From an uncultured Bryobacteraceae bacterium (GTDB lineage: Bacteria > Acidobacteriota > Terriglobia > Bryobacterales > Bryobacteraceae): a stretch of 64,000 bases of DNA. Shown here one piece after another: positions 43,698 to 52,420 of the stretch. Location of the stretch: contig CAXTYH010000005.1 of NCBI GenBank assembly GCA_964248405.1, forward strand, positions 41,631-105,630, in the 5' to 3' direction. The notes beneath the pieces were generated by a model. The model did no database searches, was not told where the DNA came from, and saw only the letters and a program-made list of their open reading frames with translations. Position 1 is the first letter of the stretch. Each line of letters begins with the position of its first letter. Position numbers and translations under genes: made by a program.

Positions 43698-45101
43698 TTG
43701 CTCGATCCGTCCAAACTAAACGAAGCCAAACCGGAAGATGTGCTCGCGGCAGCTGCGCGCGGGCACCTGGGGGTTGACCACCGGTTTCTGCATGCCATCC
43801 TGGATCGCCGTGAGCAGGCCTCACCGGCAGTCCAGGCCTTTGCCAACGGCGACCGCTCCAACGAGGTTGTCGATTTAACGCCTGAGTTGATCTCTATTTA
43901 CCGGCATTGGAAAGATCCAAAAGCCCTCCCGTTTCTACTCGGGGTGATCAAAGAATACCCGACGGAGATTCCTGATGGAGCGATCGAAGCCATTGTCGAG
44001 ATTGGCAAACCTGCACTTGAGCCGTTACTCGAATTGTACGGCCAGTTGGAAGAAGGCCAAAGCAGCGAGATCGCTTTCATTCTGGCAAACCTTGGCGTGC
44101 ACGACCCGCGTATTCTGCAGTTGTTGCTAGACCGGTTGGAGTACGATCTGGCCGATACAGCGCTGCTCTTAAGTGTGTACGGCGACCGCAAAGCGCAACC
44201 TGCTCTTGAGGAAGCGGCCGGCAATCTGGGGGCTGGTGACGTTCAGTTGAAGCGTGAGTTGACCGAAGCCATCGAGGCTCTCGACAGCGCGGATAAAGCC
44301 GGCACGAAATCGGAAGAGCAGGAACGGTTCGACATCTGGTCGCTTTACCCTGACGAAGATGATCTACCGATCGATCTTCTGGAGGAAGAGGAGCGGCTGG
44401 AGATGCTTGCGTCAGGAACGAACGATGATACCCGGGCTGCGGCTGCGGGATCGTTCTTCAATCATGAGCTGACGGCCGAAGCGAGAGCTGCGCTGTTGGC
44501 CGCAGCGACAAGCGACAAGTCGTCGGTTGTTCGCGGCCAGGCTTGGGAAGCGCTGATGAACTCGACCGAAGAGCCGGAAATTGTCCGCGCTATGTTAGCG
44601 GCGCTTCGAAATCCGGACGTACCAGCTGATGAGCGAGGCGGCCTGCTGGTCGGGTTAGCTCCTGAGGCAGACCGGAATGAAGTTCGTGAGGCGATCGGGA
44701 AGCATTACGAAACGGAGCAGGGCCGGGCCAAGGCGCTGGAAGCGATGTGGCGGTCAATGCATCCCAGTTTCCGCGACAATTTTGCCAAGCATCTGGACGA
44801 TGCCGATCTTGAAGTACGGCGCGGCGCTATTTGGGGCGTGGGTTATTACGGGCTGAAGTCGGAACTGGATAGGATCCGGAAGCTCTTCGACCACGAGGAA
44901 CTACGTTCGGACGCGCTGTTTGCCTATGCGCTTGCGATCCCTACCGAAGTGTCTAAAGGGCGCATGAAAGGTTTGTTGGCCAAGATTGAGAAAGACGCCC
45001 GCGGGTTTTCGGACCTGGAAGAAGATCTGGTGAAAGCGGCGCTGGATGAGCGATTGATGCTGGCTGGTAAAGAGCCGATGTTTGCCGGGCAGCAGGACTA
45101 G
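43698..45101 (+). CDS. HEAT/ARM-like repeat protein, unknown function
   Basis: 467 aa, acidic and all-helical in appearance, with repeated HEAT-like units (e.g. DADLEVRRGAIWGVGYYG; SVVRGQAWEALMN). TTG start. Confidence 0.65.
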   Translation: MLDPSKLNEAKPEDVLAAAARGHLGVDHRFLHAILDRREQASPAVQAFANGDRSNEVVDLTPELISIYRHWKDPKALPFLLGVIKEYPTEIPDGAIEAIVEIGKPALEPLLELYGQLEEGQSSEIAFILANLGVHDPRILQLLLDRLEYDLADTALLLSVYGDRKAQPALEEAAGNLGAGDVQLKRELTEAIEALDSADKAGTKSEEQERFDIWSLYPDEDDLPIDLLEEEERLEMLASGTNDDTRAAAAGSFFNHELTAEARAALLAAATSDKSSVVRGQAWEALMNSTEEPEIVRAMLAALRNPDVPADERGGLLVGLAPEADRNEVREAIGKHYETEQGRAKALEAMWRSMHPSFRDNFAKHLDDADLEVRRGAIWGVGYYGLKSELDRIRKLFDHEELRSDALFAYALAIPTEVSKGRMKGLLAKIEKDARGFSDLEEDLVKAALDERLMLAGKEPMFAGQQD

Positions 45102-45173
45102 CTTAGAGCGGAAAATCTGCTCCATGCGATTGCGGGCTGCGCAGAGCCAAGCCGACGCAATGGCGATGGCAGA

Positions 45174-45801
45174 CTAGAGCGTTTCCCCCCGCGTCCAGAT
45201 CAACATGGCATCGAAGTCAAATGCGGAAACCAGGATCACGTCAGTAGTTTCGGCAATCTGCTCGAGCGCACTCTGATCGAGTGTTTCACTTTCGGGCGGA
45301 GCAAAGCATCCTACTACGCCCATCAGGCCGGACGCGGGAAGTACGTTCTGAAACGCATCACGCCACGTCTCTTCGGAAAGATTCGGGCCCTGCAATGATT
45401 CGTACCACTCAATGTTCTCAATGCCCTTCGAACGGTGATACGTGAGTGGACGCTGATAGATGCGCCACCGCGCCGCTGACATGGAAGTTTGAGTCGGGCT
45501 GGACTGTATCTCGATATAGTAACGCCGCTCTTCCTTCCTTGTTTACAATTCCTCTTAGTACCTCGCATTCCCGTGCGCGATACTCAGCGTCAACCCGATC
45601 TTCGGCATGACGCTGCAATGTATTCAGCCCAAGTTTGAAGTGCATCAAATCCCACGAGCTCGCATAAGGGGGCACGAATGCAATTACCCGCCCCGCTTCC
45701 AGCGGCAACTGGCAAGGAGCGTTTCCCAACGTTGTGCCACGGGAGATTTGCAGCCGCACATAGGCTTTTGCGGCGCAACCAAGTTCTCCTTTTTGATACA
45801 T
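45174..45801 (-). pseudogene. paralog A of an unknown ~210-aa protein family, split by a +1 frameshift
   Basis: ORF 45418..45801 (N-half) and ORF 45174..45482 (C-half) together align along the whole intact 218-aa protein at 46134..46790. Relative to the copy at 46941, catgtcagcggcgcggtggcgcatc carries one extra nucleotide versus catgtcagcagcgctgggcgcata. Confidence 0.6.
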
Positions 45802-46133
45802 TCGGTTCGATTGCGATTATGAGCCTCGTCCTGTATACCAGGAAGGCTTACAGCGCCCTCGACTGCTCCCCTTGCGGCCAACTGCTCTGCCAGTAGTAGT
45901 ATCAAAAGCCTGACTCCTTGTAACAAGATGCAGGAGCGCGAAACGGCCCACTGTCGAACGCCGTGATGGCCATGTATCTGTTGATGATGAGGAGGTCGAC
46001 CGCAATGTCAAGCAGGTCGCTCCCTTCGATCGCAGACGTGGTCAACCACCACCACTTCCCGCGCAATTCCATCTCGAACGATTCAGCCATCTTCGTCCAC
46101 ACTGCCCACCTTTGAACTGCCTACTTACGGAAA

Positions 46134-46790
46134 TCAGCTTGCCCGATCTTCAGAACGTTCCCAGATTAATGTGACATCCCCGCCGTATGCACTAACCCAG
46201 ATTGCTTCAGCCTCTTGTGCGAAGTACCTCAGATCATCCTCATCAAAGCTGCGGGTTGTAAGTCGCTTCGCGCTCTCCTGTGGAAGGCTCGTCAGGACAC
46301 CAATGAAGGGCATATGCTCGACAGATCTAAGAGCAAATTCCAACTCCGAGGCGGTCAGCGGATCCCTTATAACGTAGTACACTTCGGTTCTAGTGGGGAT
46401 CACCGAACTGTATTGGTTAGGGTACTCAAGCACCCTGGTGTAAGTGGTTACTTGTCCCTCGCGCATCACCACCGTCCCATTTGGAGGAACTGTGGTGCCG
46501 TGAAAGATAGCGATATTACCTTCCTTTTTGGCCAAGAAACCAGCAAGGTACTCCGCTTCTTTTGTTCGATACTCAGAGTCTACCGTCTCACTTTCCAATT
46601 CGCCGCGATGATTAATATGCCAGGCGAAATGAAGCAATTCCCAGTTGGAAGGCACTTTCGGCAAGAATGCGAATACCGCCCCGTCTTCGATAGGCAATCG
46701 GCAGAGGAACTGCCAGAGAGAGCCTTTGGTGGATAACTCCAGCCTGATAAAGGCGTTTGCAGAAGATGCAAATACATGACGAAAGTACAT
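46134..46790 (-). CDS. paralog B, the intact member of the same unknown family (218 aa)
   Basis: Shares with paralog A the blocks A.A(Y/F)(V/I)RL..S, C.LP(L/I)E.G.V.AF.P, S.W(D/E)L(M/L)HF, VD(A/S)EYR and a C-terminal (I/V)(L/W)VSA(F/Y)..D..LIW.R.E. No known domain recognised. Confidence 0.65.
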   Translation of the reverse strand: MYFRHVFASSANAFIRLELSTKGSLWQFLCRLPIEDGAVFAFLPKVPSNWELLHFAWHINHRGELESETVDSEYRTKEAEYLAGFLAKKEGNIAIFHGTTVPPNGTVVMREGQVTTYTRVLEYPNQYSSVIPTRTEVYYVIRDPLTASELEFALRSVEHMPFIGVLTSLPQESAKRLTTRSFDEDDLRYFAQEAEAIWVSAYGGDVTLIWERSEDRAS

Positions 46791-46940
46791 ACTCTTCTAT
46801 TTGCTGGGGAGCGCTAAGATTTCAGACTCGTCAAAATTAAGTTCCTGGGGGGATGCGTCATGTGTTGCAAGTGTTCGATGTCTTCAATCGCAACCAGAGT
46901 TTGCCTGGTCTGATGGGCAGAGTAAATCAGGCTGAGACGA

Positions 46941-47294
46941 TCACAGCGTTTCCCCCCGCGTCCAAATCAATGTGGCATCGCGGTCGAATGCGGAGACGAG
47001 GATCACGTCAGTGGTTTCAGCGATCTGTTCGAGCGCACTCTGATCGAGTGTTTCACTTTCGGGCGGAGCAAAGCATCCTACTACGCCCATGAGTCCAGAA
47101 GCCGGGAGTACATTCTGGAGCGCATCACGCCACGTCTCTTCAGAAAGATTGGGCCCATGTAATAGTTGGTACCACTCAATTCTTACAACGCCCTTCGAAC
47201 GGTGGTACGTGATTGGATTCTGATATATGCGCCCAGCGCTGCTGACATGAAAGTCTCCGCTGCTCAATCTCTTCCACCATCTGAAGCGCCTCAT
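46941..47294 (-). CDS. 5'-truncated copy of paralog A (C-terminal domain only) fused to unrelated upstream sequence
   Basis: 117-aa ORF. From DFHVSSAGRIYQNPITYHRSKG onward it matches the C-half of paralog A (about 85% nt identity by eye). Nothing upstream resembles the family N-half. Whether it is expressed is unknown. Confidence 0.45.
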   Translation of the reverse strand: MRRFRWWKRLSSGDFHVSSAGRIYQNPITYHRSKGVVRIEWYQLLHGPNLSEETWRDALQNVLPASGLMGVVGCFAPPESETLDQSALEQIAETTDVILVSAFDRDATLIWTRGETL

Positions 47295-47795
47295 CGGCTC
47301 GACCGCTATTGTTAGCTCGGATTATGTCTAAGAAGCGCTTTTCAAAAAGAGTCATCAACTGGTCTGAAGGCATAGCGTGCTGCAGGTGTACTCAACTCCG
47401 AACTGCTCCATATGGTCGTGAAACTATGCCAGTGTAGAGGCCATCATGCTTAAATCTTTCTTCAGCCAGTAGATTGATTTAACCTCGCGCGTTGGCAACG
47501 CTGCTGATCAACTGTAGGGGGGGGAATCGGCGATGGCATGAAAAAACAGCCTACAGGCGAACCATATCGTCCTCCAATGATGCGGTAGAGATAACTTAAT
47601 TCATGATGGTTCTAAACGCAATAGCTAAAAACAAAACTTTCCGTAAGCATGCAGTTTGTCCGCTATCGTACACACATGAGCTGTTCGTTTAAGTGTCCGC
47701 CTTCCCCAAGCGAAACCAAAGAAGCGGGCAAATCAGTTACTAATTAAGCGACATCTTGATTTGTCAACGACACACTTACAATCCTCAACACGGTA

Positions 47796-48854
47796 ATGCC
47801 GATTCGCACCATCCTCGTCCGCGCTACTAACTGGATTGGCGATGCCGTCATGTGCCTTCCTGCTTTGCAACAGCTGCGAATCGCTTACCCCGACGCACAT
47901 ATTGCGATTCTGGCCCGACCCTGGGTGGCAGGCCTCTACGGCCGAGAGCCTTTCTGCAATGAACTCATACCTTACGAAGCGCCGAAAGGCTGGTCGGGAC
48001 TCGGGGGCAAGTGGCGTTTGGCAACGCAGCTGAGAAAGCGCCGGTTTGACTGCGCGGTGTTGCTGCAGAATGCTTTCGAAGCGGCGGCGCTCACCTGGGT
48101 GGCGAACATCCCAATCCGCATTGGCTACGATCGCGACGCACGTGGCTGGTTGCTTTCCCATCCTGTCGCTGTGCCGAAGTCGGGTGAGATACCGCGCCAC
48201 CAGCGCTTCTACTATCTGGAATTACTTAAGCGTTCGGGGCTGATTCGGAGCTACCCACAAGAGTCGATTATTAGGCTCAGTGGAGCAGGGGAGGCAGCGC
48301 TAGCCGGGCGCTTGCAACTCTCTTCAGCAGGCCTCGAAGGCGCGGTGATTGGCGTGAGCCCGGGAGCAGCCTATGGTGGCGCAAAAAGGTGGCTTCCGGA
48401 ACGATTTGCCGAGGCGGCCACCACCATCGCTCGTGAGCACAATGCAGCCGTCGCTATCTTTGGCTCCGAAGCGGAGCGCGCTATCTGCGAGATAGTTTGT
48501 GGATTGGTGGTTGCTGGAGGCTGCGCGGCCAGGAACTTTGCCGGTACTATCGCGCTTGACCGCTTTATCGAAGTAGCAGGGGCGTGCAGACTCTTCATCA
48601 CCAACGACTCCGGGCCAATGCACATCGCCTCTGCCCTAGGAGTTCCCACCGTGGCCGTGTTTGGCGCGACCGATGATGTTGCAACTGGTCCAACGGGCAA
48701 TTGGAGCCGGGTGGTACGGCATCCTGTCGAGTGCAGTCCTTGCTTGCTGCGGGAGTGTCCCATCGACCATCGTTGTATGACGCGAGTCAAAGCATCGGAC
48801 GTGGCCCAGCAAGCGTTAAACCTTTTGAGTGCAGCCGAATCGGCAAAGCGGTAA
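47796..48854 (+). CDS. waaF: ADP-heptose:LPS heptosyltransferase II (GT9)
   Basis: 352 aa. ILVRATNWIGDAVMCLPALQQLR (the NWxGD motif typical of WaaF) and C-terminal FITNDSGPMHIASALGVPTVAVFG. Confidence 0.88.
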   Translation: MPIRTILVRATNWIGDAVMCLPALQQLRIAYPDAHIAILARPWVAGLYGREPFCNELIPYEAPKGWSGLGGKWRLATQLRKRRFDCAVLLQNAFEAAALTWVANIPIRIGYDRDARGWLLSHPVAVPKSGEIPRHQRFYYLELLKRSGLIRSYPQESIIRLSGAGEAALAGRLQLSSAGLEGAVIGVSPGAAYGGAKRWLPERFAEAATTIAREHNAAVAIFGSEAERAICEIVCGLVVAGGCAARNFAGTIALDRFIEVAGACRLFITNDSGPMHIASALGVPTVAVFGATDDVATGPTGNWSRVVRHPVECSPCLLRECPIDHRCMTRVKASDVAQQALNLLSAAESAKR

Positions 48855-48855
48855 A

Positions 48856-49266
48856 TTGACTGATAAGGCAAGCTTGGACACTCGAGAGAAGATCGTACCG
48901 CTGGAGAACGCTGTCGAAAGGACCGCTACAGGAAAGTGGATTGCCGTTCTGGCATGTCTGGACCCACTCACGGCAGCGGCGGCGGCGTACTTGACCGGGA
49001 TCGCCGAGGACAATCCCGGCTGTTTGTTGTGTGTGATTGTTTTGGAAAGTGAGACTGCGCTGCTGCCGGCAGCTGCCCGCATGGCCCTTGCTGCTGCGCT
49101 TCGCTCTGTCAACCTGGTGACTTCCGCGACCGGCGAGATAGCGTACGCGGCGTTCAGCACGGGGAGCCCCGGACTGACTTTCATTGACTTGACCGAACCA
49201 GGCATTCGCTCAACGCAGGACTTTGTTGATCTGGTCATTGCTAAGCAGCGAATCGTGACGGCATGA
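48856..49266 (+). CDS. hypothetical protein resembling a degenerate cytidylyl/adenylyltransferase (RfaE domain II-like) fold
   Basis: KIVPLENAVERTATGKWIAVLACLDPLTAAAAAYL ... ARMALAAALRSVNLV follows the layout of RfaE-II (gkkiVftNGcFDilHaGHv.yL ... R..vLaaL..VD.Vv), but the HxGH nucleotide-binding motif reads LTAA. TTG 48856 is preferred to track 48829. Confidence 0.4.
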   Translation: MTDKASLDTREKIVPLENAVERTATGKWIAVLACLDPLTAAAAAYLTGIAEDNPGCLLCVIVLESETALLPAAARMALAAALRSVNLVTSATGEIAYAAFSTGSPGLTFIDLTEPGIRSTQDFVDLVIAKQRIVTA

Positions 49267-50228
49267 GCAGCACTCTGATTGTGCGATTGGGCGCAATGGG
49301 CGATATCATTCATGCGCTGCCGGCTGTGGCGAGTCTGCGGCTCAGCTTTCCGCAGCAAAAAATTGCGTGGCTGGTTGCGCCGCGCTGGATGCCGCTGCTG
49401 AAGGGCAACCCTGCCGTTGACCAGTTGCTTCCCTTTGAGCGCAAAACGCTTTCAGGCCTTCGTAGCACGGCGGCCCGCTTGCGCCAACTGCGTCCAGAGA
49501 TGGCCATCGACTTTCAAGGCCTGATACAGTCCGCTCTCGCTGGCCGTTTTGCACGGCCCCAACGCTTCTGGGGGTTCAGTCGGCAGATTGCGCGTGAGCC
49601 GGTAGCAGCATTCTTCTACAACCACCGGTTGACCCCGCCGGGGCCGCATCGGGTGCAGTCTAATTTGCAGCTGGCGGAGGCTGCCGGAGCCCATCAGTTA
49701 ACGTCACGAGCATGGCTTCCCCCCGGCGTACCTGATGGAGCTTTGCCCAATGGCCCATTTATTCTGGCGAGCCCGTTCGCTGGTTGGATGGGAAAGGAGT
49801 GGCCGCTCCCCTGCTACTCAGAATTGGCAAAACGGCTGCGCAGAGAAGGCTTGCGGTTGGTTCTGAACGTGTCCGTAGCCCGGGCCGCAGAGGTACGGGC
49901 GTTAGAGAATGTTGACGTGCACTCCTCTTCCTTGGAGGGCCTGATTCATGCCACGCGGGAAGCGATTGGCGTGGTGGGGCTCGATAGTGGCCCGTTGCAC
50001 CTGGCGGCGGCTTTAGATAAGCCCGGCGTAGCGATCTATGGCCCGACTGATCCGGCCTTGACGGGTCCATTCGGCGGCACCATCAGCGTGCTTCGAGCTC
50101 ACCAGGTCTCCTCTACCTACAAACGAAATTCCCAAATCCATGCGAGCATGCGGGCCATCACAGTCGATCAGGTCCACGCGGCGTTGATGTCCTCAGTAGA
50201 GCAGTGCAGAGCGGGTCGTGCCGTTTGA
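49263..50228 (+). CDS. GT9 glycosyltransferase, heptosyltransferase I-like
   Basis: 321 aa. LIVRLGAMGDIIHALPAVASLR and GLDSGPLHLAAALDKPGVAIYGPTDP. ATGA overlap with the preceding ORF. Confidence 0.85.
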   Translation: MSSTLIVRLGAMGDIIHALPAVASLRLSFPQQKIAWLVAPRWMPLLKGNPAVDQLLPFERKTLSGLRSTAARLRQLRPEMAIDFQGLIQSALAGRFARPQRFWGFSRQIAREPVAAFFYNHRLTPPGPHRVQSNLQLAEAAGAHQLTSRAWLPPGVPDGALPNGPFILASPFAGWMGKEWPLPCYSELAKRLRREGLRLVLNVSVARAAEVRALENVDVHSSSLEGLIHATREAIGVVGLDSGPLHLAAALDKPGVAIYGPTDPALTGPFGGTISVLRAHQVSSTYKRNSQIHASMRAITVDQVHAALMSSVEQCRAGRAV

Positions 50229-50803
50229 CAAGGCTTCTTCACCAAAGCCCGCCTCCGACTTTGTTCGCGAAACCGTATGCGGACCTAGCGCAGCGCCTGC
50301 GCGTGCCTTGCGGCTTCGTGTTGCTCATCACCTTCGGATTACTGTCTCGCCCGCGGCCCCTCTCATTGCTGCTCGGATTGCCCATCGCGGCAAGTGGGTT
50401 GCTGCTGCGCGGTTGGGCCAGCGGACATCTGGCCAAGAATCGTGAATTGGCAACCTCGGGCCCTTACGCGCACATTCGCAATCCTCTCTACTTGGGAACA
50501 TGCATCGCGGCAGGCGGAACGGCCGTTGCATCCCGCAGCGGTTCGCTCGCTGTTCTCTTCGCCGGAGCCTTCGTGTTCATCTACCTGCCTGCTGTGGAAC
50601 TCGAAGAGCAGCACTTGCGGGCAATTTTCGCCGACTACCCAGAGTACGCCGGCCGAGTGCGCCGCTTCCTTCCCACCCGGAGGTATGCCGGTGCAGATCG
50701 GGCATTTTCTCCGGCGCTCTACCGGCGCAATCAGGAGTACAAGGCGCTGGCGGGCTTCTCCCTTGCCGCCGCGTGGCTGGTCTGGCGAACCGTTCGCCTG
50801 TGA
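50204..50803 (+). CDS. membrane methyltransferase of the ICMT/PEMT (isoprenylcysteine carboxyl methyltransferase-like) family
   Basis: Four to five TM segments and LATSGPYAHIRNPLYLGT ... EEQHLRAIFADYPEYA. TTG 50225 overlapping the upstream stop is an alternative start. Confidence 0.72.
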   Translation: MQSGSCRLTRLLHQSPPPTLFAKPYADLAQRLRVPCGFVLLITFGLLSRPRPLSLLLGLPIAASGLLLRGWASGHLAKNRELATSGPYAHIRNPLYLGTCIAAGGTAVASRSGSLAVLFAGAFVFIYLPAVELEEQHLRAIFADYPEYAGRVRRFLPTRRYAGADRAFSPALYRRNQEYKALAGFSLAAAWLVWRTVRL

Positions 50804-50816
50804 TACTCTTTCGCTG

Positions 50817-51776
50817 ATGAGAGTCGGCTGCTTCACCCCATTACTGTCCCAATTTCCACTCGATAAGGTGATCGAGAAGCTGAAAAGCTTGAAGATCTCA
50901 ACGGTCGAGTTAGGCACTGGAAACTACCCTGGCGATCCGCATTGCAAGTTGTCGATGCTGCAAAACGAGAAGGAGCTGACCGAGTTCAAGAAGAAACTCG
51001 ACGATGCCGGATTCACCATCAGCGCGTTGAGTTGCCACGGAAATCCGCTGCATCCTGATGCCGCGGTCGCCAAAGCCTATGCCGACGTGAGCCGCCGAAC
51101 TGTGGAGCTTGCCGCAAAGTTACAGGTTCCAATTGTGATTGATTTCTCCGGGTGCCCCGGCGACAGCGACTCTGCCAAGTACCCGAACTGGGTGACGTGT
51201 CCGTGGCCGACCGAGTATCTGGATGTCCTCGACTGGCAGTGGGAGAAGAAGGTTACTCCCTACTGGACCGAGCATGGCAAGTTCGCCAAAGATCATGGCG
51301 TCAAAATTGCCATCGAAATGCATCCCGGCTTTGTGGTGTACAACCCCGAGACCATGCTCAAGCTGCGCTCCATAGCGGGTGACAGCGTGGGTTGTAACTA
51401 CGATCCGAGCCACATGTTCTGGCAGAGTATCGACCCGATCAAGGCGGTCCGTGTTTTGGGCGATGCGATCTTCCACGTGCATGCCAAGGACACTCAGATC
51501 TACGACTACAACTTGCCGAAAACCGGCGTACTCGATACCAAGAAGTACACCGATGAGCGCAACCGCGCATGGATTTTCCGGACTTGCGGCTATGGCCACG
51601 CGTACGGTTGGTGGAAAGAATTTATTTCAACACTGCGCATGTACGACTACGACTACGTGCTGTCCATTGAGCATGAAGACACCTTGATGTCACCCGACGA
51701 AGGGCTGACCAAAGCGGCAGAGTTTCTGAACCAGATCATCATCCGGGAACAGCCGGCAGCACCGTGGTGGGTGTAG
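50817..51776 (+). CDS. sugar phosphate isomerase/epimerase (xylose-isomerase-like TIM barrel)
   Basis: MRVGCFTPLL...VELGTGNYPG...KIAIEMHPGF...HVHAKD...SIEHED is the AP-endonuclease-2/TIM-barrel metal-ligand pattern. ATG 50817 is chosen. The track ORF start 50394 would overlap the preceding gene. Confidence 0.85.
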   Translation: MRVGCFTPLLSQFPLDKVIEKLKSLKISTVELGTGNYPGDPHCKLSMLQNEKELTEFKKKLDDAGFTISALSCHGNPLHPDAAVAKAYADVSRRTVELAAKLQVPIVIDFSGCPGDSDSAKYPNWVTCPWPTEYLDVLDWQWEKKVTPYWTEHGKFAKDHGVKIAIEMHPGFVVYNPETMLKLRSIAGDSVGCNYDPSHMFWQSIDPIKAVRVLGDAIFHVHAKDTQIYDYNLPKTGVLDTKKYTDERNRAWIFRTCGYGHAYGWWKEFISTLRMYDYDYVLSIEHEDTLMSPDEGLTKAAEFLNQIIIREQPAAPWWV

Positions 51777-51820
51777 GCAGATATAGCTCAATGCAATTAG
51801 GGTTTACCCTTTCAAGAAGG

Positions 51821-52064
51821 TCAGCGATAAGCGTCTTTTCGGTCAAGGACACGTTCAATTTTCAAATTATCGCCATGCTTACGGAAGAAGATGCGATAGT
51901 TTTGTGCTCGCAGGCGGATCAGAGGGGGCGTGACGTCTTTGAGTTTGCTTAGTAGCCACTGAAGACGTAGCGACGAAGCGTCTTGAGAATCTGGATGGAA
52001 CAGGCTGCTCGATTGCTTGGACATCGGCCTTGGCCAGGTCGGTCCAAATTATGCGCTTGGCCAT
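51821..52064 (-). pseudogene. decayed RelE/ParE-family toxin (needs two frameshifts)
   Basis: N-terminus MAKRIIWTDLAKADVQAIEQ in one frame, ILKTLRRYVFSGY in a second, and KLKDVTPPLIRLRAQNYRIFFRKHGDNLKIERVLDRKDAYR in the third. Together they read like a normal ParE/RelE toxin. Confidence 0.6.
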
Positions 52065-52068
52065 TGCA

Positions 52069-52329
52069 TTATGGCTTAAGGCTCATCTTCTTCCAGTCAG
52101 CCATGGTGAGCCCAAACTCAGCGAGGACTGCTTCATGCGGGATTGGATCGTGATGCTTGCTCCACTCGTCGGATTCGGCAATGGCCTTGGCCTCAGCGGG
52201 GCTACGAGCATCGCTATCTTCATCGAGAAACACCTCGAGCAAGTTACGAACGGCGCCGAGTTTGGCAGGTGGCAGGAGATCAATTAAGGCGTGAGCCTGT
52301 TGCCGCTCCTGTGCTAAATCAAGCGCCAT
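52069..52329 (-). CDS. putative type II antitoxin (family not recognised)
   Basis: 86-aa intact acidic ORF ending 4 nt before the toxin relic. Position and size fit an antitoxin. No motif recognised. Confidence 0.45.
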   Translation of the reverse strand: MALDLAQERQQAHALIDLLPPAKLGAVRNLLEVFLDEDSDARSPAEAKAIAESDEWSKHHDPIPHEAVLAEFGLTMADWKKMSLKP

Positions 52330-52420
52330 GATTGTTTCCTTTCCGTACTTTAGTAACTACCGTCCGTTACACTAAAGCTTCCAGCGACAACATTCATTTA
52401 GGAGACCTTTCGGACGACTT

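Noticed and set aside
45902-46102. 66-aa ORF between paralogs A and B
   Set aside because: There is no recognisable similarity to the neighbouring family or anything else. It is too short to support on sequence alone, so it is mentioned only in the cluster finding.
46215-46736. 173-aa plus-strand ORF
   Set aside because: It is antisense to the intact 218-aa paralog, whose family relationship to the flanking copies supports the minus-strand frame.
50394-50816. 141-codon N-terminal extension of the TIM-barrel isomerase ORF
   Set aside because: It overlaps the ICMT-like membrane protein gene in another frame. The extension is Pro/Arg/Ser-rich, and the family-typical start MRVGCF is at 50817.
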